A stretch of 64,000 bases of DNA from Candidatus Latescibacterota bacterium (GTDB taxonomy: Bacteria > Latescibacterota > UBA2968 > UBA8231), in NCBI GenBank assembly GCA_965217585.1, contig OZ244561.1:3200001-3264000 (forward strand). The letters run 5' to 3'. The notes below the pieces were generated by a model. It was not told the origin of the DNA. It saw nothing but the letters and a program-made list of their open reading frames with translations, and did no database searches. Made by a program: the position numbers and the translations under genes. Below, one piece after another: positions 28,622-39,457 of the stretch (its first letter is position 1; every line of letters begins with the position of its first letter).

Positions 28622-30103
28622 ATGGTCACTCCGCAAAAGATGTTCAAGGGGTTTTTCTATACCTTGGGCACGGGCTATGCCGTGAGGCTGGGCAGCATGG
28701 GGCTGACGATCTTGATCAAAAGGCAGCTCGAACCCAGCGTTTTTGCCGATGTGTTTTTGGGTGTGACGGTCTTTACCATGCTGTCCAGTCTGCGCGAGTT
28801 CGGCCTGACGCACGCGCTGTTGCACTTCCAGGACCGAGTTGAGGAATTCGTCGGCACGCATTTTACGCTGAATGTCTGCATTACCTTGCTGTCGTGTCTG
28901 TTCAGCAGCGCGGTCGTCTTGGCCTTGACGTTGCTCTTTCCCGAGGATTTTTCCTGGACCTTCGCCCAAGTGGCGTGGGTGCTAGCGGCGCTGCAATTCG
29001 TGCGCCAATTGACCCTGACTTCAGAGGCCCTGCTGAGGATGGATTTTGAGTTTGGCAGGCTCTCCCTCTTGCACGGGCTGGGGACGCTGTTGGCCCTGAG
29101 CAGCGCGCTGCTGGCGGCCCGCGCCGGGTGGGAAGAGTGGAGCCTGATATTGGGCGGGTGGACTACGTACTCGGTGCTCAGTGTGGTGTACGTGCTGTTT
29201 TTTTCTACTGCCACTTGGTTCAGTCGTCCCCTGCGCCGCGCTTCTTTGCGCTTCGACTGGGTTTGGGCGCGCCGCTTATTGGGCTATGGCGTGTGGATCT
29301 GGATTGGGTGGGTATTGCAGATTTTTATTTGGTGGTACGACAAACTGGTCGTGCGCTTGGTCGTCGGCGATACGGCGCTCGCGCTCTACGAGACGGCTTG
29401 GTGGCTGGTGCAGATTCCCACTGCGGTCATCGCGCATATTATCCTCAACTACAGCAGTGCCCTGTACTCGCGGTATCGGCACGAGCGCGAGCGACTGGGG
29501 GAATTGTTCTCCAAGATGATCAGCCTAGTGCTGAGGGTGTCGGCTCCGGTGTCGCTGATTTTGGTCTTCAATGCCCGCGAGGTAACCGCCCTCTTAGGCG
29601 ATCAGTGGGCTGCATCGGCGCGCATCGTGGTTTGGCTGGCGGCGTATGCGCTTTTGCGCCCGCTGCTCAGCGATGGATTTGGCCTGTTGTGGGCGGTAGG
29701 AGCGACGCGCCGGTCCGCGTACATAGTGGGGATGCAGGGGGTTGTGGCTCTTTTTGCCGTCCCCGCGCTGGGCGTGTTGTGGGGCACGGAGGGCGTGGCG
29801 TACGGCATGGGCGCGGTGGCTGGCACGGGTTTCCTCGGCCTGTGCGTTGGCCTGCGCGCCTATGTGAGCGTCAACTGGTTCAAGGTATTGGCCGCGCCGG
29901 CCGTGGGACTGCTGGTCGCCGCTGTCTGTGGATGGTCGTACTCCCGTTGGGCCTTGGATTATGCCGTGGGCGATTTTGCCTTGCGGAGTGGAATTATGGC
30001 GTTGGCGTATGGGATTGTTCTCGGGCTGCTGGAGCGCCGCACCATCGTCGAAGAGCTTGGGCACCTGCGACGCATTATGCGCGGGAACGCGGAAGCGGAA
30101 TAG
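28622..30103 (+). CDS. Oligosaccharide flippase (Wzx/MOP family)
   Basis: 12-14 TM segments; EFGLTHAL, YDKLVV. Confidence 0.8.
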   Translation: MVTPQKMFKGFFYTLGTGYAVRLGSMGLTILIKRQLEPSVFADVFLGVTVFTMLSSLREFGLTHALLHFQDRVEEFVGTHFTLNVCITLLSCLFSSAVVLALTLLFPEDFSWTFAQVAWVLAALQFVRQLTLTSEALLRMDFEFGRLSLLHGLGTLLALSSALLAARAGWEEWSLILGGWTTYSVLSVVYVLFFSTATWFSRPLRRASLRFDWVWARRLLGYGVWIWIGWVLQIFIWWYDKLVVRLVVGDTALALYETAWWLVQIPTAVIAHIILNYSSALYSRYRHERERLGELFSKMISLVLRVSAPVSLILVFNAREVTALLGDQWAASARIVVWLAAYALLRPLLSDGFGLLWAVGATRRSAYIVGMQGVVALFAVPALGVLWGTEGVAYGMGAVAGTGFLGLCVGLRAYVSVNWFKVLAAPAVGLLVAAVCGWSYSRWALDYAVGDFALRSGIMALAYGIVLGLLERRTIVEELGHLRRIMRGNAEAE

Positions 30104-30683
30104 GAATTTCGCCGGCCGCGACCCGCGCGAGAGTCGCCGCGAAGAGCCGGTGTTCCGCCGCTAATACCCGCTTCTGTAACGTCTCGGGCGTGTCTTCTGC
30201 TTTAACCGGAACCTTCTCCTGCGCCAGCACTCGCCCGTGGTCGTATTCTTCATCTACCAAGTGGACCGTCGCCCCGCTCTCTCGCTCTCCAGCGGCCAAT
30301 ACGGCTTCGTGGACCCGCATCCCGTACATGCCCTGTCCGCCGAACTTGGGCAACAGGGCGGGATGGATGTTCAAAATCCGCCCCTCGTAAGCCGCCAGTA
30401 CCTCCGTCTCCAGCTTTTTCATGTATCCGGCCAGGCAAATCACTTCGACCCCGTGTCGCTGCATTGCCGCCAGAATCGTCTCCCCCAGTGCCTCGCCGTG
30501 CGTCTGCGCGCTCAGGTGGTACGCTGCAATGTTCGCCTGCCGCGCCCGTGCCAGCGCACCCGACTGCGAGTTGTTGCTAATCACCACGCACGGCTCGGCC
30601 GCTAAAGTCCCGGCCTGACAGGCATCGATGATCGCCTGCATATTCGACCCGGTGTGCGAGGCGAGAAACCCCAGTTTTAGCAT
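30075..30683 (-). CDS. purN: Phosphoribosylglycinamide formyltransferase
   Basis: ASHTGSN, LAGYMK, NIHPALLP, GATVHLVDEEYDHG. Confidence 0.95.
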   Translation of the reverse strand: MLKLGFLASHTGSNMQAIIDACQAGTLAAEPCVVISNNSQSGALARARQANIAAYHLSAQTHGEALGETILAAMQRHGVEVICLAGYMKKLETEVLAAYEGRILNIHPALLPKFGGQGMYGMRVHEAVLAAGERESGATVHLVDEEYDHGRVLAQEKVPVKAEDTPETLQKRVLAAEHRLFAATLARVAAGEIPIPLPRSRA

Positions 30684-31031
30684 CTAGAGAATGTCCAGAA
30701 CTTGCTCCGGCGGTCGCCCGATGCGCGCTTGGCTTCCTTTGACTACAATCGGCCGCTCGATCAGGATGGGATGTTCCACCATCGCCTGAATGAGCTGCGC
30801 CCGGTCCGTTACTTCGGCTAGCCCCAGTGCCTCGTATTCGTCCTCTTTAGTGCGCATCAGTTCCCGGGGTTCCAGTCCCAGTTTTTGCAAAAGTTCGTCT
30901 AGGGTTTTGGCGTCCGGCGGCGTCTGTAGGTACTCGACGATATCTGCCTCCACGCCTTGCTCAGACAATAGAGCCAACGTCTGCCGACTTTTAGAGCATT
31001 GCGGGTTGTGGTACATCGTTACTTCGGTCAT
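30684..31031 (-). CDS. arsC: Arsenate reductase (glutaredoxin) family
   Basis: YHNPQCSKSR, LIERPIV, IGRPPE. Confidence 0.9.
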   Translation of the reverse strand: MTEVTMYHNPQCSKSRQTLALLSEQGVEADIVEYLQTPPDAKTLDELLQKLGLEPRELMRTKEDEYEALGLAEVTDRAQLIQAMVEHPILIERPIVVKGSQARIGRPPEQVLDIL

Positions 31032-31086
31032 TTTCTGCCCCTGTTGAATGTTTGATTGCCACCGCAAAAATTAATACCTTGCCCTC

Positions 31087-31899
31087 ATGCCTACAATAAA
31101 CCAATCAATCAGCCCGGCGACGCCAACCGACGCCGAATTCTTCCAGCAAAACGGCTACATGCGCTACGGGCGATTCTTCTCGGCCGAGGAGATCGCCTCG
31201 TTGCGCCAGGCCATTGACCACGCCATCGACACGCATCGCGCCCGCATCAAAGGGGCCGAGAATGATGGCCGCACGTCGGAAGAGTACGAGCGCGTCTTCA
31301 ATCAGATGGTCAACCTTTGGACCGACTATCCGGCCGCCAAGGAAATCGCCTTCCATCCGCGCTTGGCCGAAACCGCCCGCCGCTTGAGTGGCTGCCGCCA
31401 CGTGCGCATCTACCACGATCACGCGATGATCAAACCCCCCGGCCAGACGAGCAAGGAAACGAACTGGCATCAGGACGCTCCCTATTGGCCGATGAACCCG
31501 GTCGGCGCACTGTCGGCGTGGATCGCGGTGGACGACGTGACCGCGGACAACGGCTGCCTCCATTTCGTGCCCGGCTCACATCAGTACGAGCGGCTCGAAC
31601 CGATCAAACTCGGCGTTGCTGGCGAGAGTATTGTCGCTAAAATGAAGGAACGGGGCTACGACGTGCCCGAGCCGGTGGCCATGGACATGCAAGCCGGCGG
31701 CGTTACCTTCCACCACGGCTGCACCTTCCACTACGCCGGTCCCAACCAGACCGCTGCGCCGCGCCGCGCCTTCGCCATTATCTACATGCCCGATTACACC
31801 ACGTTTACCGGGACCCACGACGCGGCTGGTGCGGCCGACGAGATGGAAGCCGGCGGCCCCTGGGATCATCCGCTGCACCCCATTCTGGCGGGCGAGTGA
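31087..31899 (+). CDS. Phytanoyl-CoA dioxygenase (PhyH) family Fe/2OG enzyme
   Basis: WHQDAPYW, NGCLHFVPGSH, HYAGPN, RRA. Confidence 0.9.
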   Translation: MPTINQSISPATPTDAEFFQQNGYMRYGRFFSAEEIASLRQAIDHAIDTHRARIKGAENDGRTSEEYERVFNQMVNLWTDYPAAKEIAFHPRLAETARRLSGCRHVRIYHDHAMIKPPGQTSKETNWHQDAPYWPMNPVGALSAWIAVDDVTADNGCLHFVPGSHQYERLEPIKLGVAGESIVAKMKERGYDVPEPVAMDMQAGGVTFHHGCTFHYAGPNQTAAPRRAFAIIYMPDYTTFTGTHDAAGAADEMEAGGPWDHPLHPILAGE

Positions 31900-31915
31900 G
31901 GCTGCACAAAACGCG

Positions 31916-32797
31916 GTGAACCCACAGATCAAATGGGTTTCTTATGCGCTCTGGCTCTTGCTCCAAGTGGCCATGCCCTTGGGTGCCGAGGAGCAGGACA
32001 GCCACGCCGACTCGCTGATGTCCATTTCCCTCACTGACGGCACCCAACTCGAAGGCACCATCACTCAGGAAACCGAAACCCACATCCTCGTCGAGACGCT
32101 GTCGGGCCTAGAAATAAAGGTGCCGAGAACGTCCATTGTTGCGATAAAAAAGCGCCACGCTGGTGCTTTCTCCCGTCCCGACCCCAACTACACCCGCCTG
32201 ATGTTCGCACCTACTGGTAGGCCATTGCGCCGAGGAGATCGCTATTTCTTCAATCACTACGTATTCTTCCCCGGCATGGCCTACGGTTTCACCGACCGCT
32301 TTGGCGTGGCAGGGGGCCTGTCCGTTATTCCGGGGTTGGGATTGGGCGAGCAAATTCTGTCGCTGGCCCCCAAGTTCGGCCTCTACGCTAGCGGCGATGT
32401 CGCCCTTTCCATGGGCGTGCTCTATATGAATGTCGCCAACGAAGGGGCTGGAGGTATGGCCTTTGTGGTAGGGACCAAAGGCAGCCCCGACAAGAGCTTT
32501 ACCTGTGGCATCGGGCTAGGCTACATCGCCGAGGAAGGCGAGGATGTGGATTTCGCCGAGCATCTAGTTCTCCTCCTTGGCGGCAATATCCGCCTCTCCG
32601 AGAGCATGGCCTTGGTCTCGGAAAACTGGCTCATTGCCGGCGAAGATCTCGGGCTCGACCAACAGCCGTTGGGCCTCGCCCTCCGCTTTTTCGGCCCTAG
32701 GATAGCTGTTGATGCCGGTGTCATTATCATCGGCGAGGTGATCGAAGAGGGGTTTCCCATCCCTTGGCTCTCCTTCGTCTATAACTTCGACGACTAA
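31916..32797 (+). CDS. Secreted hypothetical protein, probable outer-membrane beta-barrel; paralog of 39458-40333
   Basis: Signal peptide, DPNYTRL motif, alternating beta pattern, C-terminal FVYNF. Confidence 0.7.
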   Translation: MNPQIKWVSYALWLLLQVAMPLGAEEQDSHADSLMSISLTDGTQLEGTITQETETHILVETLSGLEIKVPRTSIVAIKKRHAGAFSRPDPNYTRLMFAPTGRPLRRGDRYFFNHYVFFPGMAYGFTDRFGVAGGLSVIPGLGLGEQILSLAPKFGLYASGDVALSMGVLYMNVANEGAGGMAFVVGTKGSPDKSFTCGIGLGYIAEEGEDVDFAEHLVLLLGGNIRLSESMALVSENWLIAGEDLGLDQQPLGLALRFFGPRIAVDAGVIIIGEVIEEGFPIPWLSFVYNFDD

Positions 32798-32800
32798 TTC

Positions 32801-35800
32801 TTAGGAACTTTTAATACCCAATTTTCTCATTTTGTGGTACAGCGTAGAAGGCGGCACTCCCAGCAGAGCCGCCGCTCCTTTTGTCCCCTTGATCCGCCCG
32901 TTAGTCGCATTGAGTACTTCGAGAATATAGCTGCGTTCAAGTTCAAGTAGAGGCATTATTTCGTGTTGGGGAGTTGATAATGCCTGTCCTTTAAGGCCGA
33001 GAACAGAGTTTACAATGTTAAAACCGTGTTGCATCAGATTGGCCACTTCGATTTGCTCACCCTTGCAGTCTATGACGGCCCGCTGTATAAGATGCTCCAG
33101 TTCTCGCGCATTCCCCGGCCAGTGATAGGCTTGCAGCATCTCCATAACCTCGGAACTCAAGGAGGCGGGTTGCCGGCCTAGGTGTGCTGCCATGCGATGC
33201 TGGAAAAACTCGACTAGGGCCGGGATGTCCTCCTTGTGCTCGCGCAGGGGTGGGATGTAGAGCGGAAACATCTGGAGACGCAAATACAGATCCTCGCGAA
33301 AGTCACCGGCCTGCACTATCGCCTTCAGGTCGCGGCTGGTCGCGGCGACCATGCGCGTCTGCGCTCTCAGCGTTTGGTTGCTTCCAACCCGTTCAAACGT
33401 GCGCTCTTCCAATAGGCGCAGGATCTTGGCCTGTGTGTCCAACGTCATATCGCCGATTTCATCCAAAAACAGAGTACCGTCTTTAGCCAGTTCTACCTTG
33501 CCTACCCTACGGGAATCGGCGCTGGTAGCCCCTTTTTCGTGACCAAAGAGTTCACTATCGATCGACGTCTGGGACAAGGTACCGCAGTTGACATGGATAA
33601 AAGGGCCGTTGCCATAGGCACTCAACGCGTGTAGTGCCCGCGCCGCCAACCCCTTGCCCACACCCGTTTCGCCTAGCAGTAGTACGGTCAGATCGGAGGG
33701 TGCCACCTCCATGAGCTTGGTTTGAAACTGACGCATGGTCTCGCTCTGGCCGATCAGTACGGTCAGATCGGAGGGTGCTACCTCCATGAGCTTGGTTTGA
33801 AACTGACGCAAGGCCCTGCTCTGGCCGACCCATTGATTGCCCCCACGGAGTGCGGCCGATAAAGTTTCGATATGCGAGTCGGGCTCTACCGCAAGCTGCG
33901 CCTGCGCCGTCTCCGAGTAATTGAGGTCTCGATCTATGGCTCGGACCTGAAAGGTGTAGTCTCCCGGCGGCAGGTTTTGATAACAGGCCCGCAACGCTCG
34001 GGTCGCGGGACACCAGTCGGGGTCGTATCCTTGCAAGCGGTACACATAGAGCATGTCGCGGGGATGGGTGGAAAAACTCATGCCCTTGTACTCGAAAACC
34101 ACCGGCTGTCCCACCGTGGAGGAGCAGACTTCCGCTAAGTTCTCATAGACCTGATCGGTGATAATCCGGCTTAGACGAATCAGGGGTGGATTTTGCTGCG
34201 GTCGGTAGCGTATAATGGAACCCATGACTGTGCCAAACCAGAAGGTTCCGTCGCGATCTTCGAGTATGCGGCAAACCGGTCCTATATCGGGTGATTTGAT
34301 AGTCTGGAAAAGCTGACCATCGTACTGGCCTACACCCTTGTCTGTACCGATCCAGAGGTGTCCGCACGCATCCTCAAATAAACAGTAGATGCGGTTGCTC
34401 GGTAGGCCGTCTTCGGTGGTGAAGGTGCGGAAGGTGCTGCCATCAAAGCAACTGATACCGCTCGGAGTAGCGATCCATAGGTTGCCATCGCGGTCTAATA
34501 GTAGGTCGTTGACATCGTTGTCTATGAGTCCATCTTCAACCCCATAAAATGTAAGACCCTCTTCAGGATGCCAGCAGGCGAAGCCGGTCCCACTAGCTAG
34601 GTTATCCCTACTGGTCAAGTGGAAATAGATTTCGTTGTTGCGCGTGGCAATCACCGTGCCAATGCGTCTGCGAGATGTTTTTTTGTGGTCCTCCACAAAA
34701 ATGGTTTGGAGCTGCTCGCCCCGCTGGTAAACGATCTTCAGTCGGCTGGTATAAAGCCTTTCTATTCTTGACTTATGGCCGTTTTCCCGATAGCCGAAAA
34801 GGAATTGTCCTTCCCGGTCTTGGGTGATTACGCTGACACTCTTTCCGCTTAAGCCTGCGATTTCTATTTTCTTTAGTTTCTGTCCGTCGTAGCGGAACAG
34901 GCCCCTGTAACCGCCAAGCCACAGGTCCCCGTCAAGGTCCTCGTAGATAGCGAAACAGTTGTCGATATCATTGCCATGCTCGGTCTCTACAAATACAAAG
35001 TGATCGCCCTTGAGGCGGCCGACGCTTTTGGGGTTGGGATAGAGACCGGGAGACACATACCCTATCCATATATCACCTTGCCGGTCTTGCACTATCTGTG
35101 AGACCTCGCCCGCGTTGTCGGGGAACTTCGCACTGAGGTCGAAAACGCTGATACTATGCGCATCGTAAACCCCGACACCGCCCCACGTGGCGAACCAAAA
35201 TCGATCCTCGCGATCGTGGAACACGGCTTTGACTATGGGATGTGGCAGGCCATCGGTAGGCATAAACCTGCTGAAGCCATCACCGTCCTGGTTCTGCACC
35301 CCTTGCGAGGTGCAGAACCACCTCCGTCCCTCCCGGTCGCATTGAATTTTGCGTAGACCGCCAACCAGATCTACCTGAATAGACTGAAAGGTACCATTAG
35401 CATAGCAGTGGCGAATCTCTCGATTGCGCGGCAGACCAATCCACACCTTGCCAGTATGATCCTGGCCCAAGACGTAGCTGATGTGGGCTTGGGGAAAACC
35501 CTCTTCCTCTTCGTAGCGGTGGAAGGACTCGCCGTCGAAGCGGATGAGATAGTCAAATCCAAACCACAGATGGCCGGCGGGATCCTGGGCAATGCCCCGA
35601 CATTGGTTGGGCCACTGAGGAGCAGGAGGCTGCTGGTAATGCTGCTGGTAGAGCGGAATCAGGTCGTGGAAAGCGGTGCCGTCGTAATACCCCAAGGTAC
35701 CGGTGCCCCCGAACCAGATACGACCCAGACGATCCTCGTAGATGAACTGCACGGCACGGCCTGCAATGCCGTCGTCCTCCAAGGGGTGGAAGTCTGCTCC

Positions 35801-36070
35801 GTCATACCAGCAGACCCCTTTTAACGTACCAAACCACAACCGCTCCTGACGATCCTTTTGCATAAAGAAAACTTGGTCGTGAGCGAGACCGTCCTGTGTC
35901 GTGAAATTTTGGAACTCATCCCCATCAAAGCGGCTGGCACCGTTATCCCAAGTGGCGAACCAGATATACCCCTCGCTGTCTTCGGCGATGTGTTCAATGC
36001 GCAGCGATGGAAGGCCATGGTCTATGGAATACGTCTTCCAGGTGCCCATGCGACTAAGTGGCTTGATCAT
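32801..36070 (-). CDS. Sigma54-type activator: Reg_prop beta-propellers + Y_Y_Y + AAA+ + Fis HTH
   Basis: Repeated (E/Q)DxxGxxWFxT blades; YRLQGYD; [30 protein letters not shown]; C-terminal AAALLG HTH. Confidence 0.9.
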   Translation of the reverse strand: MIKPLSRMGTWKTYSIDHGLPSLRIEHIAEDSEGYIWFATWDNGASRFDGDEFQNFTTQDGLAHDQVFFMQKDRQERLWFGTLKGVCWYDGADFHPLEDDGIAGRAVQFIYEDRLGRIWFGGTGTLGYYDGTAFHDLIPLYQQHYQQPPAPQWPNQCRGIAQDPAGHLWFGFDYLIRFDGESFHRYEEEEGFPQAHISYVLGQDHTGKVWIGLPRNREIRHCYANGTFQSIQVDLVGGLRKIQCDREGRRWFCTSQGVQNQDGDGFSRFMPTDGLPHPIVKAVFHDREDRFWFATWGGVGVYDAHSISVFDLSAKFPDNAGEVSQIVQDRQGDIWIGYVSPGLYPNPKSVGRLKGDHFVFVETEHGNDIDNCFAIYEDLDGDLWLGGYRGLFRYDGQKLKKIEIAGLSGKSVSVITQDREGQFLFGYRENGHKSRIERLYTSRLKIVYQRGEQLQTIFVEDHKKTSRRRIGTVIATRNNEIYFHLTSRDNLASGTGFACWHPEEGLTFYGVEDGLIDNDVNDLLLDRDGNLWIATPSGISCFDGSTFRTFTTEDGLPSNRIYCLFEDACGHLWIGTDKGVGQYDGQLFQTIKSPDIGPVCRILEDRDGTFWFGTVMGSIIRYRPQQNPPLIRLSRIITDQVYENLAEVCSSTVGQPVVFEYKGMSFSTHPRDMLYVYRLQGYDPDWCPATRALRACYQNLPPGDYTFQVRAIDRDLNYSETAQAQLAVEPDSHIETLSAALRGGNQWVGQSRALRQFQTKLMEVAPSDLTVLIGQSETMRQFQTKLMEVAPSDLTVLLLGETGVGKGLAARALHALSAYGNGPFIHVNCGTLSQTSIDSELFGHEKGATSADSRRVGKVELAKDGTLFLDEIGDMTLDTQAKILRLLEERTFERVGSNQTLRAQTRMVAATSRDLKAIVQAGDFREDLYLRLQMFPLYIPPLREHKEDIPALVEFFQHRMAAHLGRQPASLSSEVMEMLQAYHWPGNARELEHLIQRAVIDCKGEQIEVANLMQHGFNIVNSVLGLKGQALSTPQHEIMPLLELERSYILEVLNATNGRIKGTKGAAALLGVPPSTLYHKMRKLGIKSS
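33681..33830. repeat. 75-bp in-frame tandem duplication (2 copies) in the activator gene
   Basis: [24 protein letters not shown] occurs twice; period 75 nt. Confidence 0.95.
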
Positions 36071-36430
36071 AGAAAATACCCTTGTCACGCCCTTCGGGCG
36101 CGGTGAATCCGCTTCGATACTCCAAAAATACTCCTACCCACGCAGATATTCAACCTTACTCCCTATAGGCGTTTTGGAACCAGCTTTAGGGACGACGGTG
36201 TCTATGCTCGAAAAACGCTTGAGGCCAAGGCCGCGCGGCAGTTCCGCAAAGCGGCTCGATATGGATTTTGAGGCCGTTTCTTAGCAAAGATTTTAGACTC
36301 AAAAGATATATTAAAAATTATATGTTGAGTGTACTCAAAAAAATATGCGACATATTGGGTTAATATACAACATTGTCTGTCATCTAAGCGAATCAAGCAG
36401 AGTAGAGGATTTTGAGACTATTGTTACCAT

Positions 36431-36475
36431 AGGACCGTATACGGTCTCGTAAAATATGGAACCGTATACGGTCCT
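36431..36475. promoter_or_regulatory. Twin palindromic candidate operator/enhancer
   Basis: ACCGTATACGGT at 36434 and 36461; whole block is a 15-bp-arm inverted repeat in an AT-rich divergent spacer. Confidence 0.6.
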
Positions 36476-36541
36476 GTATTTTAACTAAAAATATTCTAAT
36501 AAATAAAGGTACTGTATTTATAATATCTACAATATTTTCTA

Positions 36542-36584
36542 TGCTATAATTTATCTTGACATCCTTGTACACTTTCGATACGGT
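36542..36584 (+). promoter_or_regulatory. Candidate sigma70 promoter(s)
   Basis: Extended -10 TGCTATAAT (36542-36550) and TTGACA-N17-TACGGT (36556-36584). Confidence 0.5.
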
Positions 36585-36633
36585 TCTCAGCACTTTATTC
36601 ACGGAATTCTAGACAACAATAACCAGTTGTCGG

Positions 36634-37317
36634 ATGCAGCTAAAGGACGCCAAATCCTCCGTCATGGGGAATCTGGTGGCTATCCACGAACGCGGGCTGG
36701 TTATCGAAATGAACGACGGCGGCCAGGTGGGCGTGCCGCGCGCCAAGATCAAACGGATGTACCGCAGCGTAGGCACTCAGACAAGTGGCAAGAAAGGCGC
36801 GCTATTTGGAGTGGCAACCGGCATGGTCTTGGGGGTCATCGTACTAAAGAAAGGGGATGATGATGCCTGCGGTGTGGTCGCTTTAGTGGAGCTTCCATCT
36901 GTCCTAACCACAGGGTCGGAATTCAGCGATTGCAAAACCCCTTTGCCCGAGCTTGTTGCTAAGGGCGCGATGGTGGGAGCCATCTTCCCGGGGATTCCGC
37001 TGGCGGGCCTCGGCTGGCTTATCGGGGAAAAAATCAAAACCGACAAGTGGGAGCTGGTCAAGCTCGACGAGCAAGCCCAAGCGCAGATTGCGCCAATGTT
37101 CCGCCTGACCGCTCGGCAAGGCAGCCAGCAAGTTTACGCAAACGAGCCCCCTTTACGGCCAGAGTGCCGAGACCCCAGCCCCCAAGACCCCTCGGATCAC
37201 GCTCGGGGTTCGAGGGGCCCTGAGTTCGGCGACCTAGATTGGCTCCGAAAGCTTGGATCTGGGCTCGCGCATCAGCGTACAGAACGCCGGCGTTTCCGCG
37301 ACGTTGCCGCTGGTTGA
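36634..37317 (+). CDS. Glycine-zipper-like membrane hypothetical protein, possibly degraded at both ends
   Basis: GALFGVATG and GAMVGAIFPG segments, WELV motif; no signal peptide; tail overlaps the next gene. Confidence 0.5.
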   Translation: MQLKDAKSSVMGNLVAIHERGLVIEMNDGGQVGVPRAKIKRMYRSVGTQTSGKKGALFGVATGMVLGVIVLKKGDDDACGVVALVELPSVLTTGSEFSDCKTPLPELVAKGAMVGAIFPGIPLAGLGWLIGEKIKTDKWELVKLDEQAQAQIAPMFRLTARQGSQQVYANEPPLRPECRDPSPQDPSDHARGSRGPEFGDLDWLRKLGSGLAHQRTERRRFRDVAAG

Positions 37318-37888
37318 CAAACTCGGCCTGCGCCTCGGCGGGGCCTACGTAAGCAAGGGGGCCACTCTTGATGCCGGCTTCCTCGGGCTCGGAGCCACTT
37401 TCAAACTCGATTACATCGAGTTGTCGGCCTTGGGCAAGGCCAGTAGCACCACCTTGGGGCGAGGCACAGGTTCGGTGTATGCGCTGGCCGGACCGACGCT
37501 GGGGTTCAAAGCCAAGTGCGAGACCGGGGTCTCCCTGTTAGGACTGGATGTCACCTTTGAGGACACGTCTGACGAGGAGGGAGGCATAACGGTAGAAAGC
37601 AGTGGATCGAATGACTGCGGCGAGGCTTTCAAGAGCACCGACTTGGGCGTTACCGGAGGGATCGGGTTTGAGTGGCAACCGGGAGGCGATCCAGACGATG
37701 ATACGAGTGAAGGGTTGAAGATGATAGGGGATGTATCGGGGCTGAAGGTCTCGCTGGAACTGCTGTACACCGTGGGCCTTCAGTCGATCGTCAGTGCCGA
37801 TTCCGGCAGCGATCTAGGTCTAGGCGATGACCTCAAGAACCGGGCGTTCTCCATCTGGCTGGGCGGCACTTTACCCATCGGAGGGTAG
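37190..37888 (+). pseudogene. Outer-membrane beta-barrel (PorT/OMP_b-brl_2-like) with in-frame stop and no signal peptide
   Basis: RITLGVRGALSSAT*IGS aligns to paralog LTIRGGASLATWGGS; TAG at 37235-37237 replaces Trp. Confidence 0.7.
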
Positions 37889-37982
37889 GAATTGATGACG
37901 ACTGGGGCTGTCGAGAGCCGCCCTCTACATCCCCATACGGTAGAGACGCTATTACCAAATTCCTTCACAAGGAGTAGCAGAC

Positions 37983-38744
37983 ATGAAATATAGGCAGCGA
38001 TTCCTCCTCCTTATGAGCGTCATGGCCTTAACGGCTCTTGCGCTTCCCGTTCCTCTTTTCGGCCAGAGCGTCGGAGACACGCAGCTCACCAAGCAGACCA
38101 CGCTGACCATTCGGGGCGGCGCGAGTTTGGCGACATGGGGCGGGAGTGGTGTGGACCAACTAGGCGACGAAGCCGCAGTGGAGTCGCGCACCGGCTTCAA
38201 CGTCGGTGCTTCCGTGGCGTTCCCGCTAAGCGATAGATTTGGCCTACAACTCGGCGGTACCTACGTGCAGAAGGGTGCTCGCTTCGGTTTCGGTCCCGAT
38301 CCAGACTACTTCGGATTTGACTTAGGTAGCTTACAGGTCGAGACCAACGTCGATTATATCGAGTTATCGGCTCTGGGCAAGGCAAGCGTCCCCTTCGGGA
38401 GCCCGCCGAGTCGAACTTCCGTATATGTACTCGCCGGACCGGCGGTGGCATTTAAGGCAAATTGCAAGGTTAGGGCCTTTGGCATCTCGGCAGGCTGCGA
38501 CGAGGCCGAGGAAGAGCAGTTCAAGACCATCGACTTCGGCGTTGCCGGAGGGATCGGTGCCGAGATGGCGATCGCCGAAAAGCTGACGGTTTCGCTAGAC
38601 CTGCTGTACACCTTGGGGCTCCAGTCGATTAATCATTCCGGCGAGGGCAGTGATGCCAGCGACGATTTTGACGACGATTTTGATGAGGTTAAGAACCGAG
38701 CCTTTACCATTCAGGTTGGGCTCGGCTTCCCATTCGGGCGGTAA
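37983..38744 (+). CDS. Outer-membrane beta-barrel protein (PorT/OMP_b-brl_2-like)
   Basis: Signal peptide; YVQKG, DYIEL, AGP, DFG and YTLGL motifs; RBS AAGGAG. Confidence 0.82.
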   Translation: MKYRQRFLLLMSVMALTALALPVPLFGQSVGDTQLTKQTTLTIRGGASLATWGGSGVDQLGDEAAVESRTGFNVGASVAFPLSDRFGLQLGGTYVQKGARFGFGPDPDYFGFDLGSLQVETNVDYIELSALGKASVPFGSPPSRTSVYVLAGPAVAFKANCKVRAFGISAGCDEAEEEQFKTIDFGVAGGIGAEMAIAEKLTVSLDLLYTLGLQSINHSGEGSDASDDFDDDFDEVKNRAFTIQVGLGFPFGR

Positions 38745-39457
38745 GGGCTGGGATTAGGACACATGCTCCCCGTTCTTCACCTAGAAATCTTTCCAGGTGC
38801 TTGGTGGATTCCATGCTCAGATTTACCTGCTTGTTCTTTTTTTTTGTGATTTTTGCCCATTCGGGCTGCCGACCGGCGACACCCGACAGACAGATCCAGG
38901 ACGCATTTGAAATATCCGTTGCAACATACCAGCCATGCTTGGTCTTGGTCGAATGCGAGCGATGCGCCACCGGAACTGAAGGAATGGTACGGCAAGGTGA
39001 GGCGGTTCTACAGGGAGTTGAGCAAAAAGCGGCGACAATAAAGGGGGGATCATTATGAAAACCAAATCTCACCAGTATTGGGGACGCGTCGCCATCGATG
39101 GCCTTCTGGTTCTACTCGCGACTTGCCCCGACGCGGGGGCGCGGCCCCAGGGCAAAGTCGCCAAACCGCCACGGGGCGCGCCGCCTCCACAGACCGTACG
39201 CTGACGATGCCGAATGCCTACGCGGCGAAAGCGGTAGTGTCGAGTCGTGCACAACGGGGATTGGCCGCGAGCAAGATGCTCTTGTTGCGCTGAATGCGAA
39301 CCCTTTTGGGGGGAAAAGCAGCGCTCGTTTTGCCGATTCTTAACCGGCGAGCGGCCGGGCCTGCAGAGCAGATTCAGGCTGTGTGGCCCAAGCCGCGGCA
39401 AGTCTTTCGCAAAGGTCGAACACTTTCTTCGTCAAATTAAAAACAAAGGGGACAAAA

